Assembly (NCBI GenBank): GCA_018224645.1
Contig: JAGTVG010000095.1
Span: 1 to 37,756 of the forward strand
Direction of reading: 5' to 3'
DNA: 37,756 nt
Source of the DNA: Cyclobacteriaceae bacterium
GTDB lineage: Bacteria; Bacteroidota; Bacteroidia; Cytophagales; Cyclobacteriaceae
This document shows, one piece after another, positions 26,288 through 35,089 of this stretch (positions within the stretch are counted from its first letter, which is position 1; each line of letters opens with the position of its first letter). A program made the translations under genes and the position numbers. The notes under the pieces are model-generated. The model saw nothing but the letters and a program-made list of their open reading frames with translations, made no database searches and was not told the DNA's origin.

Positions 26288-27382
26288 TCATTTAATCAGG
26301 TCTGAAATAACTACCGGATCCGGAACATCATTATGATGCCATTTCCCCAGGACAGTACCGTCTTTTAGCAGCAGTAATCCCGGATTGGACCTGATAACTG
26401 CTTCCAGTACTGTCATGTCGGCAAAATAATATGGCACAGCAAATTGATTTTCATGCCTGAATGATTCGAATTGTTCCTCACCCGAGGCTGTCAATGCCAA
26501 CACTTCCACAGCGGGGGGAAGCCGGGAGATCAGGTCATTTATTTCATCAATATGTCTTGCCGAGGCCTTTGTGATATCATAAAACACAATGATCAATTTT
26601 ATGCCTGTTAAGGACTCTTCAGTATAATCCCCTTCATCGGTCCATATATGGTAATCCGTTATTTTTGGCTGTGCTTCAGGATTCAACAATTCAAGGTCTT
26701 TATATTCATAGGTTGTATCCTCAGGAAAATCATTGAATACATAGGTTTCGCCATTCTTTTCAAAAATATACCTGTAACGATAGGGTTCGGAGGGTTCCAT
26801 AAGATCAGGGATATTATTGCCTACCTTGTAAGGCCTGAAATCGATGTAGGGCAGATGACGGATGGCATAGGCGGCAAGAAAGGTATTGATAAGAAGAGCC
26901 ACGAGCATAATGAAATCACCTGTCCGGTGACGAAACAGGGAATGGTAATGTTTTCTTCTGAAAAATATGTACAGGATCAGAACCAGTAGAACCACGTCTT
27001 TCAGAAAAGATTCCCACGGCGTAAGCGGGATGGCATCCCCGAAACAACCGCAATCCGTCACTTTATTGAAGAAGGCTGAATAAAAGGTAAGGAAGCTGAA
27101 TAAAAGGATCAGAATCAGGAACCCCCAGGCTGTCAGAGCGATGCGGTAATTGATAAGCAGGGCGATTCCCAGCAATACCTCGAGGACAACCACAAACACG
27201 GCAATGAACAGGCTGTGGGGAACGAAAAATTCGAAAAATGAACCGAAATCTGTGGCAAACACCTCGAAATATTCCTTAAGCTTAATGGAAGTTCCAAGAG
27301 GGTCGTTGATCTTGATCAGGCCTGAAAAAATAAATAAAATACCTACGATAAAACGAAAAAATTGGTCAAGTGCATATTTCAT
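26288..27382 (-). CDS. MauE/DoxX-family membrane protein with a C-terminal thioredoxin-fold-like domain ('BT_3928-like')
   Basis: 364 aa. The N-terminal 4-5 TM region contains the CGCFGD motif. The soluble C-terminal ~190 aa lacks an obvious CxxC. There is a 1-nt gap to the permease gene and a 4-nt ATGA overlap with the DUF1599 gene. Confidence 0.7.
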   Translation of the reverse strand: MKYALDQFFRFIVGILFIFSGLIKINDPLGTSIKLKEYFEVFATDFGSFFEFFVPHSLFIAVFVVVLEVLLGIALLINYRIALTAWGFLILILLFSFLTFYSAFFNKVTDCGCFGDAIPLTPWESFLKDVVLLVLILYIFFRRKHYHSLFRHRTGDFIMLVALLINTFLAAYAIRHLPYIDFRPYKVGNNIPDLMEPSEPYRYRYIFEKNGETYVFNDFPEDTTYEYKDLELLNPEAQPKITDYHIWTDEGDYTEESLTGIKLIIVFYDITKASARHIDEINDLISRLPPAVEVLALTASGEEQFESFRHENQFAVPYYFADMTVLEAVIRSNPGLLLLKDGTVLGKWHHNDVPDPVVISDLIK

Positions 27383-27927
27383 GTTACATGAAAATTAAGT
27401 TTGATCAGGCAAAAAACAGCATAGTTCAGAATATCCTGGTAATTGGCCCCTACACCTTCGGACATGATGGTTTTCCCCTGGTTATCTTCTATCTGTTTTA
27501 CCCTGTATAACTTCATTAAAATAATATCCGTCATTGAACTCACCCGCATATCACGCCAGGCTTCGTTGTAGTCATGATTTTTATTGGAGAAAAGTCGCAT
27601 GGTTTCATTTACGGCCTCTTCATACAGGTCAACCACCTGTTCAGGGGACAATATTTCTTCAGGCTTATCTGCCAGTTTGATCTGGACCAGTGCGATGATG
27701 CAGTAATTAACAATGCCAATGAATTCTGAGATCACATTGTCAGGGACTCTCTGATTTCCCTTTTCCTGGATGGATCTGATCCGCTGGGCCTTGATGAAGA
27801 TCTGATCAGTGATGGAAGGAAGCCGGAGTACACGCCATGCGGTACCATAGTCGAATGTTTTCTTTTCAAAAACTTCTTTGCATCGCTTTATTACTTGATT
27901 ATATTCGTCCAAGGTTTTCGACTCCAA
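27379..27927 (-). CDS. DUF1599-like protein (internally duplicated all-helical domain)
   Basis: Two homologous halves: FDYGTAWRVLRLPSITDQIFIKAQRIRSIQ and HDYNEAWRDMRVSSMTDIILMKLYRVKQIE. The maximal ORF runs to a TTG at 28065 but would then overlap folP head-to-head. I place the start at the TTG at 27927 (MESKTLDEYNQ..), which gives ~182 aa; the start is uncertain. Confidence 0.65.
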   Translation of the reverse strand: MESKTLDEYNQVIKRCKEVFEKKTFDYGTAWRVLRLPSITDQIFIKAQRIRSIQEKGNQRVPDNVISEFIGIVNYCIIALVQIKLADKPEEILSPEQVVDLYEEAVNETMRLFSNKNHDYNEAWRDMRVSSMTDIILMKLYRVKQIEDNQGKTIMSEGVGANYQDILNYAVFCLIKLNFHVT

Positions 27928-27973
27928 GATTTTATATATTTTGCAGGCAGAATCAACAGGCCATATTTCGGGG

Positions 27974-28837
27974 GTGAAAGATACATTATTTTCAATAAAA
28001 AAAACACTCAACATCAAGGGAAAACTGGTGTGCATCACCCAACCCATGATCATGGGGATCATCAATACCAGTCCGGATTCCTTTTTTCCCGGTAGCCGGC
28101 GGCAGTCCGTCGACGGTGTTCTGGAAATGGCGGCGGAGATGATTGGTTCGGGCGCTGATATTCTCGATATCGGTGGTTATTCGACAAGACCCGGTGCCGA
28201 AGATATATCCCTGGATGAAGAATTAAGCCGCGTCATTCCGCCCATTGCGGCAATTTCGAAAACATACCCGGAATGTATCATTTCGATCGATACCTTCCGG
28301 TCAGCTGTGGCGGAGAATGCTCTGGGAGCAGGTGCCTCCCTGATCAATGATATCTCCGGAGGGCAGCTGGATGAAAATATGTTCCGGACCGTAAGCAGGT
28401 TGAAAGTGCCATATATCCTCATGCACATGAAGGGAAATCCGCGAACAATGAAACTAATGAGTGAATATGACAACCTTTTTAAAGAAATAGCTGTCTATTT
28501 TAATAATAGGATTTCAGAATTGCATAATCTTGGGGTCAATGACATCATTCTCGATGTCGGTTTTGGATTTGCCAAAAAAATTGGCCAGAATTATGAATTA
28601 CTAAGGAATTTATCGTATTTTAATATATTCGGTTTGCCATTGCTTGCTGGAGTTTCGAGAAAGTCAATGATCTATAAGACACTTCATTTGACCGCAGACA
28701 AGGCTATGAATGGAACCACCGTTTTAAATACCATTGCGCTCCTAAAAAAGGCATCAATTTTGCGGGTACACGATGTAAGGGAAGCTACTGAAACGATAAC
28801 TTTGCTCAAAAGAGGGAATTTTGATATACTTAATTAA
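27974..28837 (+). CDS. folP: Dihydropteroate synthase
   Basis: Motifs MGIINTSPDSFF, DIGGYSTRPGA, SIDTF, INDISGG, GFGFAK and GVSRKS. The track start at 27941 is TTG; GTG at 27974 gives a typical N-terminal length. The start is uncertain among 27941, 27974 and 28046. Confidence 0.9.
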   Translation: MKDTLFSIKKTLNIKGKLVCITQPMIMGIINTSPDSFFPGSRRQSVDGVLEMAAEMIGSGADILDIGGYSTRPGAEDISLDEELSRVIPPIAAISKTYPECIISIDTFRSAVAENALGAGASLINDISGGQLDENMFRTVSRLKVPYILMHMKGNPRTMKLMSEYDNLFKEIAVYFNNRISELHNLGVNDIILDVGFGFAKKIGQNYELLRNLSYFNIFGLPLLAGVSRKSMIYKTLHLTADKAMNGTTVLNTIALLKKASILRVHDVREATETITLLKRGNFDILN

Positions 28838-29720
28838 AATAGGGTTTCTGGATTTCAGACTGGTCGATATCCTGGATATTCTGGCCGTCAGTTTTTTGCT
28901 GTATCAGGTTTATAAATTAATGAAGGGCAGCGTAGCGATCCGGATTTTCCTTGGATTCCTTTTCCTCTATCTCATTTACCTTGTGGTCCGGGCGATCGAT
29001 ATGGAATTATTATCTGCCATTCTCGGGCAGTTCATGGGTGTTGGAGTGATTGCAGTGATCATCCTGTTCCAGCAGGAAATCAGGAAGTTTTTACTGATGA
29101 TTGGGAAAACAACATTTTTCAACCGGGATAATTTTTTTAAAAGCATGTGGAGCAGGGAGGAGACCACAGAACTTAACATCACACAGGTGGTGGAGGCGGC
29201 CAAATCGATGGGAGGGTCGAATACCGGAGCACTCATTGTTTTTTCAAGGGACACTGAACTGAAGTTTTATGCTGAATCCGGAGATATCATCGATGCGGAA
29301 GTGTCCAAAAGGCTTTTGTTATCCATCTTCAATAAATACAGTCCCCTGCATGATGGGGCGGTAATCCTGCATAAGAACCGGATCAAGGCTGCCAGGTGTG
29401 TATTACCGGTGACAGAAAGGGATAATCTTCCAGCCCAGTTCGGAATGAGACATCGGGCAGCAGTAGGTATGTCAGAGGTTACCGATACGCTCATCCTTGT
29501 GGTATCAGAAGAAACCGGTCAGATGTCGGTGGCAAGAAACGGCAACGTTTTTCACAATCTTTCCGGCCAGGAGATCAGGGAAAAAATCCGTGAATATCTG
29601 ACAGAGGAGAAAAAAGGATTCGGACAGAAATTGCAGGATATGCTGAAGGATGAGATCACTGAAATGGAGAAAAAAGAAAATGAAGAAAAAAAGGTATCTG
29701 CAACCTCTTCTTCTTCCTGA
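28821..29720 (+). CDS. cdaA: Diadenylate cyclase CdaA (c-di-AMP synthase, membrane-anchored DisA_N domain)
   Basis: 299 aa with three N-terminal TM helices, LHDGAVIL and GMRHRAAVGMSEVTDTLILVVSEETGQMS motifs. The start codon is TTG at 28821 (no ATG available), overlapping folP by 17 nt. It has an unusual Lys/Glu-rich tail ending in poly-Ser. Confidence 0.88.
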   Translation: MIYLIKIGFLDFRLVDILDILAVSFLLYQVYKLMKGSVAIRIFLGFLFLYLIYLVVRAIDMELLSAILGQFMGVGVIAVIILFQQEIRKFLLMIGKTTFFNRDNFFKSMWSREETTELNITQVVEAAKSMGGSNTGALIVFSRDTELKFYAESGDIIDAEVSKRLLLSIFNKYSPLHDGAVILHKNRIKAARCVLPVTERDNLPAQFGMRHRAAVGMSEVTDTLILVVSEETGQMSVARNGNVFHNLSGQEIREKIREYLTEEKKGFGQKLQDMLKDEITEMEKKENEEKKVSATSSSS

Positions 29721-29724
29721 AACC

Positions 29725-30354
29725 TCAGATCAGACTTTTAATTTCAAAGGCATAATAAATCAACCTGAGCCCGAAAAGGATCAAAACAATGCCGACACCC
29801 CTGTTCATGATCCTCATAAAATGCGGCGTGATGATCATCCTCAGTCTGGTGGCCATATAGGATTTGACAATATCCATGGTAAGCACCATGCCAATCACTC
29901 CGATATAGAACAGGGATGCCTGATCGAAATTATATTCCATTTCGATGGTTACAAGTCCTGCTACACCAAGCCAGAATATCCATAAAAAAGGATTCAGGGA
30001 ATTCAGCATGAATCCCTTTAATATTTTTCTTAAATAGGAATTCGAATTCATGGCATCCATGTTGAGGCCTTTTTTCGGGATGGGTTTAAGAATTGAATGA
30101 AGGCCAAATCCGATCATGATCAGCGCCCCCGCCATACCAAGGAAAAATTTCAGCTGGATGTTTTCAGTTAATTTCGATACCCCTGAAAACGTAAGGAATA
30201 TGTACAATGAATCACTCATTGAAACACCCAGTGCCATGAATGCGCCCGCTTTAAATCCTTTTTCAATGGATGTCTGTATCAATGCAAAAAATACCGGGCC
30301 TATGATAAAGGAAAGGATAATCCCGAAGATCAGACCTTTCCAGAGTTCAATCAT
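29725..30354 (-). CDS. LysE/RhtB-family amino-acid (or small-molecule) exporter
   Basis: 209 aa, 6 TM. The N-terminal G.I.GPV.....Q-like pattern (GIILSFIIGPVFFALIQTSIEKG) is typical of the LysE superfamily. Its start overlaps the GH3 stop codon region by 8 nt (ATGATTGA). Confidence 0.75.
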   Translation of the reverse strand: MIELWKGLIFGIILSFIIGPVFFALIQTSIEKGFKAGAFMALGVSMSDSLYIFLTFSGVSKLTENIQLKFFLGMAGALIMIGFGLHSILKPIPKKGLNMDAMNSNSYLRKILKGFMLNSLNPFLWIFWLGVAGLVTIEMEYNFDQASLFYIGVIGMVLTMDIVKSYMATRLRMIITPHFMRIMNRGVGIVLILFGLRLIYYAFEIKSLI

Positions 30355-31903
30355 GTTTTAATTTTATAGTTGTTAGAAAATTCTCCCATGCTTCCTTTTT
30401 TTCTCCTTTCAGCACTCTCGGGAATTTATTCTGACCTCCTTCCTTTCCCGCCGATCGCAGGAAATCATAAAAAACAGCATTGGGAAGCAAGGTAACGAAG
30501 ATTTCCCTCAGGGCATGCTGCCGTTCCGTACGGTAATCATCGTTAAGGATTTTCAGATGGTGATCAAGCAGTTTCCTTACCTGGCCTGAGGATATTTCCT
30601 GTTCCACGCCGACATACCACCGGTGAGCGAACAGGTTCTCATACCTTTCACCGATCACTGTAAATTCTTTCACGCCCAGCTTCAGCTCATCATCGATCAG
30701 CAGGATTGCCTTGTTCATGTTGTCCAAAGAAAGGTGTTCCCCGCATAACGACAGAAAATGCCTGGTCCGACCGGTGATGATAATTTCGGATAGGTCCCGG
30801 TTTACCAGTTGAATGGTATCTCCGATCAGATACCTCCAGGCCCCTGCAGTGGTCGAGATCAGTGGCGCATAATCCCTGTTCAGATCTATTTCATCGATCA
30901 GCAGCGATTCCGGATTGATTGTCATTTTTCCATCCCCGTCAAAGTTTTTGGAGTTGAACGGAACGAATTCAAAAAATATCCCATTGTTCAGGACCAGTTT
31001 CATGCCATCCGCATCCGGCCTGTTCTGGTATGCCAGGAATCCTTCCGATGCAAGATAGGTTTCAATATAGATCAGAGGTTTTCCCAGAAGCTTCTGAAAA
31101 GTGCTTTTATAGGGCTCGAAAGCCACTCCACCGTGAACGAAGATCGAGAAGTCAGGCCAGATCTCATGGATATGGCTGATACCGTAATGGTCAATGATCT
31201 TTTCCAGCAGTATCTGCACCCAGGCAGGAACGCCGGCAATTACTCCAATATTCCATTTATCTGCTTTTCGGGTGATTTCATCAAGTTTCATGCCCCAGTC
31301 CATGTTCCTGGCAATTTTTTGTCCTGGTTTATAAAAGCGTTGAAACCAGAAGGGTATATGTTTGGTGGTAATACCACTCAGATCTCCTTCGAAAAATGTG
31401 CCGTTATAGTTCAAACTGGTGCTTCCACCCAGCAATAATACACCGGTTGTGAACAATTCATCCGGGAGTGAATATTTTGAAAGGGTGACCAGCTGCCATA
31501 CGCTCGTGCGCCTGATTGCTTTGATCTGTTCCTTGGTGATTGGGATGTATTTTGAGGATGTACCGGAAGTTCCTGAGCTGAGTGCAAAAAATTTTATTCT
31601 GCCGGGCCAGCAGATATTCTTTTCACCATTTTTCGACCTGGTCCACCATTGTTCATACATTTCATCATAGGAAAAGGCCGGTACATTCTGCTTGAAAGAC
31701 CTGAAGAACTGATAGAAATCCTTTCCTTTAAAATCAGATAATACGGATTTAAAATGATGTTTCCTGCCAAATTCTGTATCACTGGCGGTAATCAGTAATT
31801 TCCGGAGTTCGTGCTTTTGAAGTTCAGCAGGATTGGAATATTGTTGCTCAAGGCTTTTGCTAAAAATGATTCCTTTCATGATGAGATTACCAAGGATCGC
31901 CAT
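30347..31903 (-). CDS. Bacterial GH3-family protein (acyl-acid amido synthetase / adenylate-forming fold)
   Basis: 518 aa. The N-terminus (MAILGNLIMKGIIFSK...ELQKHELRKLLITASDTEFGRKH), the SSGTSGTSSKYIP adenylation-type P-loop and the length match the 'GH3 auxin-responsive promoter' family common in Bacteroidota. Confidence 0.75.
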   Translation of the reverse strand: MAILGNLIMKGIIFSKSLEQQYSNPAELQKHELRKLLITASDTEFGRKHHFKSVLSDFKGKDFYQFFRSFKQNVPAFSYDEMYEQWWTRSKNGEKNICWPGRIKFFALSSGTSGTSSKYIPITKEQIKAIRRTSVWQLVTLSKYSLPDELFTTGVLLLGGSTSLNYNGTFFEGDLSGITTKHIPFWFQRFYKPGQKIARNMDWGMKLDEITRKADKWNIGVIAGVPAWVQILLEKIIDHYGISHIHEIWPDFSIFVHGGVAFEPYKSTFQKLLGKPLIYIETYLASEGFLAYQNRPDADGMKLVLNNGIFFEFVPFNSKNFDGDGKMTINPESLLIDEIDLNRDYAPLISTTAGAWRYLIGDTIQLVNRDLSEIIITGRTRHFLSLCGEHLSLDNMNKAILLIDDELKLGVKEFTVIGERYENLFAHRWYVGVEQEISSGQVRKLLDHHLKILNDDYRTERQHALREIFVTLLPNAVFYDFLRSAGKEGGQNKFPRVLKGEKKEAWENFLTTIKLKHD

Positions 31904-31991
31904 TTTTTCCTATTTACCACATTCAATATTAACTTTACAGGATGATCAGGTATGTTGTTCAGGCGTAAATATAAAATTATTGAAAGTTAAA

Positions 31992-32666
31992 ATGAAAATT
32001 GCAGAAAATATAAATGCCATGAATCGCAGAATGGAAGGATATCCATGCCGGTTGGTTGCCATCAGCAAGACAAAAACCAACGGTGAAATATTGGAAGCCT
32101 ACCAGGCGGGTCAGCGGATCTTTGGTGAAAACAAGGTTCAGGAACTTGCACAGAAATATGAGCAGTTGCCGAAGGATATCGAATGGCATATGGTCGGGCA
32201 TCTTCAGACGAACAAAGTGAAATATATCGCCCCATTTGTCACACTGATCCATGCTGTCGATTCATGGAAATTGCTTAAGGAAGTAGACAAACAGGCCCGG
32301 AATAACAACCGGCAGATCTTGTGCCTGCTGCAGGTTCATATTGCGGAGGAGGAAACAAAGTTCGGGTTATCAAAAGAGGAAATATTCGTGCTCCTGCACC
32401 GGGAAGATCTTTCAGAGCTGAAAAATATCCGGATACAAGGCCTGATGGGGATGGCGACATTCACTGAGGACGAGGAAAAAATCAGGCGGGAGTTCCGGTT
32501 TTTGAAATCAATTTTCGATGGGATAGCCGAAAGCATTCATCATGAACATGTGGAGATGAAGGAATTATCCATGGGAATGACGGGTGATTATCAGATTGCC
32601 ATGGAAGAAGGGAGTACCCTGGTCAGGATCGGGACAGCTGTTTTCGGTGAAAGGAACCTGGCATGA
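31992..32666 (+). CDS. yggS: YggS-family pyridoxal-phosphate homeostasis protein
   Basis: LVAISKTK (PLP lysine), HMVGHLQTNK and LSMGMTGDY motifs. The track ORF begins at a TTG (31833) inside the GH3 gene; the ATG at 31992 (MKIAENI..) gives the canonical ~224 aa. Confidence 0.9.
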   Translation: MKIAENINAMNRRMEGYPCRLVAISKTKTNGEILEAYQAGQRIFGENKVQELAQKYEQLPKDIEWHMVGHLQTNKVKYIAPFVTLIHAVDSWKLLKEVDKQARNNNRQILCLLQVHIAEEETKFGLSKEEIFVLLHREDLSELKNIRIQGLMGMATFTEDEEKIRREFRFLKSIFDGIAESIHHEHVEMKELSMGMTGDYQIAMEEGSTLVRIGTAVFGERNLA

Positions 32667-33064
32667 AAAACATTAAAATTATTCTGCTGACTGCCGCCAT
32701 TTCCGGTGCCCTTGTTGTGGGTTTGGGGGCCGTTGGTTCCCATGTCCTCGGGGATCTACTGATTTCCAATGAACGTACCGATACCTATCTGACTGCTATA
32801 CGGTATCATTCATTTCATACCATTGCCCTGCTTTGCTTTGGGATTTTAAGCCGGTTGATCCATTCTGAATTTATTACCCGTGGAATATATCTGATGATTG
32901 CCGGAATGGTATTGTTCAGCGGCTCGCTCTATTTACTTAGTCTTTATGATAAGATCTGGTTTGCTTATATCACACCTGTGGGGGGCATTCTGCTGATATT
33001 ATCATGGATGACCCTGTTTTACGGTATTTACCAGGGGAAATGGACCGTTAATAACCGGGAATGA
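32663..33064 (+). CDS. DUF423 (YgdD/TMEM256-like) membrane protein
   Basis: 133 aa, 4 TM, with ..LGAVGSHVL.. and ..AIRYHSFHTIALL.. motifs. It has an ATGA overlap with yggS. Confidence 0.75.
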   Translation: MKNIKIILLTAAISGALVVGLGAVGSHVLGDLLISNERTDTYLTAIRYHSFHTIALLCFGILSRLIHSEFITRGIYLMIAGMVLFSGSLYLLSLYDKIWFAYITPVGGILLILSWMTLFYGIYQGKWTVNNRE

Positions 33065-33449
33065 TATTTGCCTGTATGGTGATCCTGTCCTTCTGGTTAA
33101 CCGAATTTGAAAAAATCGTGATCACCTTATTCTGTTTACCCATTTTCCCTGTGGAATTAAAAACAACCTTAATCTCACCATTTTCACCCGGTGCGACCGG
33201 TTCTTTCGGCCAGGTGGGGGCCGTACATCCGCAGGTGGTCAGGATATTGGAAATGACCAGGGGCTGTGTCCCCGAGTTTTTAAAAGAAAAAACATGTTCT
33301 GTTTTGTTGCCCTGTTCAATATCTCCAAAATCATAACTTTCCTCCTCAAAGTCAATACGGGGTCCCTGTATCTCCTGGCCTATGGCCTGAACTGAGAGGA
33401 AAAGCAACAAAATCCAGATCCGCTTCAATATGGGTTTTACGATTATCAT
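33048..33449 (-). CDS. DUF1573 domain protein (secreted, Ig-like)
   Basis: 133 aa with a signal peptide. Contains ..FDFGDIEQG......F.F.N.G..PL.I.....CGCT.P.W.. , the characteristic DUF1573 pattern. The 3' end overlaps the DUF423 gene by 17 nt in convergent orientation. Confidence 0.8.
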   Translation of the reverse strand: MIIVKPILKRIWILLLFLSVQAIGQEIQGPRIDFEEESYDFGDIEQGNKTEHVFSFKNSGTQPLVISNILTTCGCTAPTWPKEPVAPGENGEIKVVFNSTGKMGKQNKVITIFSNSVNQKDRITIQANIIPGY

Positions 33450-33630
33450 ATATTCGCTTACGTTTTATATGATTATTGGGTTGTTGGTAACCAATTTGAA
33501 TCAGGTTTTATTGACAAAAACAAGTTTCATGTTATCAGCTTCCGCAATTACGGATCTTTCCGCTTTTCCGTTCAAAAAATTCCATATCAATTCAGAATAT
33601 CTTTAAAATTGATCTAAAGATTCTATCAAA

Positions 33631-35037
33631 TTACCTTTCCCCGTTAAAAAATTCAGACAGAAAATTCACAAGATATAATTCACGTGTCGCTCTTGTCATT
33701 CCTGTATACAGCCACCTCATATAGCCTATATCCTGGATCGAATCCTTAAGGTAGCCCTGGTCCAGGAATACCACGGGCCATTGTCCTCCCTGCGATTTAT
33801 GGCAGGTAATGGCGTATGTGAATTTTATCTGAATTGCATTAAGATATGGGTCCAGCGCTATGGCGGCGGCCAGTTCCCTGCCGGATAATCCCGGATAATC
33901 AGCCACGACATGCTCGTAAAGTTTTTTATTTTCCGTTTCGCTCAGGGAAGCCGCCGGGGATTCAAGGGTATCCAGGAGGGCTTTGACGCGGATCACCGGA
34001 TGGGAAGGATAATCAATGAGATGTAGATCAAGATCTGCAAAAGTTAAATCATATATCTCCTGTGTATTGGAGATCTTAAGCACTTCGGCAAAATCGCCGT
34101 TGGCAAGGAACCCGGCAGGAGAATCCTCATCGAGCCAGAAATAATTGTTCTTCACGATCATCAGATGATCCCCCGCATCGATCCGGTTCTCATGGAAAAG
34201 GAGATTTCTTCTGATATACTGATTATACTGGTTGGCCTGCCTGTTGGACCGGCAGATGATAATTACATTTTCAATCCCGTACTGGTTATAGGCATAGCGG
34301 AGACCATCCTCCAGTTTTTCACTGTTCATCGAAAAAATATCCCGGTAATTCCTGGTGTTGAACCGGATCCTGAATTGACCGGCCTGGATATTCTGGCGGA
34401 TACCGGTTGCATTTTCGAGGATCCCGGATAATTTTTCCTGGCGGACCACCTCATTCAGTTCGATCTCTTCCACCTTCAGCTTATATTTCCTTTCCAGATT
34501 ATCTTTATCCAGGGCTCCGCTATAATCCTGTCCAACGGGCGGAAGCTGGGCTGTATCTCCAAGTATGATCAGTTTATTGGAAGTATTCTCAAACACGTAT
34601 TCCCGAAGATCCCTCAACAGGTTCGACTGGGAGGCACTGTATTGATCATAGATCATGGAAGCTTCGTCCACGATAAAAACCGTATCCTTATGATAATTTT
34701 TGATCCTTTTAAAGGATAAAGCCCCGTTTTCCCTGTCCCGTTGCAGTTTATAGATGATCTTATGAATCGTAAATGCTTTTCTTTCCGAATAATTAGCCAG
34801 TACTTTTGCCGCTCTGCCTGTAGGGGCCATCAGGAGATATTTCAGGTTAAAGAGCGGCAGGATCTTAACAAGGGTGGAAACGATGGTGGTTTTCCCGGTA
34901 CCGGCGTATCCTTTGATCAATAAGGCATCCGGTCCGTTTTTTTCCAACAGGCGGTCGAATAATTGAAAAAGTTCTTTCTGGCCTTTTGTCGGTGCATAAT
35001 TAAATTTATTTGATAAAATGTCGGAGATTTTTGGCAA
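33631..35037 (-). CDS. RecD-like SF1 DNA helicase (AAA_30 plus UvrD_C_2 type)
   Basis: 468 aa with Walker A GYAGTGKTT, Walker B VDEASM, ILGDTAQLPPV and the C-terminal ITCHKSQGGQWPVVFL. The start codon is TTG at 35037. Confidence 0.85.
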   Translation of the reverse strand: MPKISDILSNKFNYAPTKGQKELFQLFDRLLEKNGPDALLIKGYAGTGKTTIVSTLVKILPLFNLKYLLMAPTGRAAKVLANYSERKAFTIHKIIYKLQRDRENGALSFKRIKNYHKDTVFIVDEASMIYDQYSASQSNLLRDLREYVFENTSNKLIILGDTAQLPPVGQDYSGALDKDNLERKYKLKVEEIELNEVVRQEKLSGILENATGIRQNIQAGQFRIRFNTRNYRDIFSMNSEKLEDGLRYAYNQYGIENVIIICRSNRQANQYNQYIRRNLLFHENRIDAGDHLMIVKNNYFWLDEDSPAGFLANGDFAEVLKISNTQEIYDLTFADLDLHLIDYPSHPVIRVKALLDTLESPAASLSETENKKLYEHVVADYPGLSGRELAAAIALDPYLNAIQIKFTYAITCHKSQGGQWPVVFLDQGYLKDSIQDIGYMRWLYTGMTRATRELYLVNFLSEFFNGER

Positions 35038-35089
35038 TGGGATAGAATATTTATCTTTAATGTTTCACCGGGATCATTGTACAAAGTTC

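Noticed and set aside
28821-29720. cdaA might be part of a CBASS-like or cyclic-nucleotide defence operon.
   Set aside because: It is the canonical three-TM housekeeping CdaA-type diadenylate cyclase, fused to the folP operon. No effector or sensor genes are adjacent.
30809-31438. 209-aa ORF on the plus strand inside the GH3 gene. Similar long antisense ORFs are 20310-20849 (179 aa, in proS), 10897-11346 (149 aa, in panD and the UPF0104 gene), 11854-12279 (141 aa, in panC) and 557-943 (128 aa, in the M20 gene).
   Set aside because: For the four I checked (30809, 20310, 10897, 11854), the ORF is codon-aligned antisense to a well-supported gene. That is the classic shadow frame, which stays open when the sense gene avoids TTA/CTA/TCA codons. 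I treat 557-943 the same way without having checked its codon alignment. The translations have no recognisable motifs and odd composition. No promoter-like context was seen.
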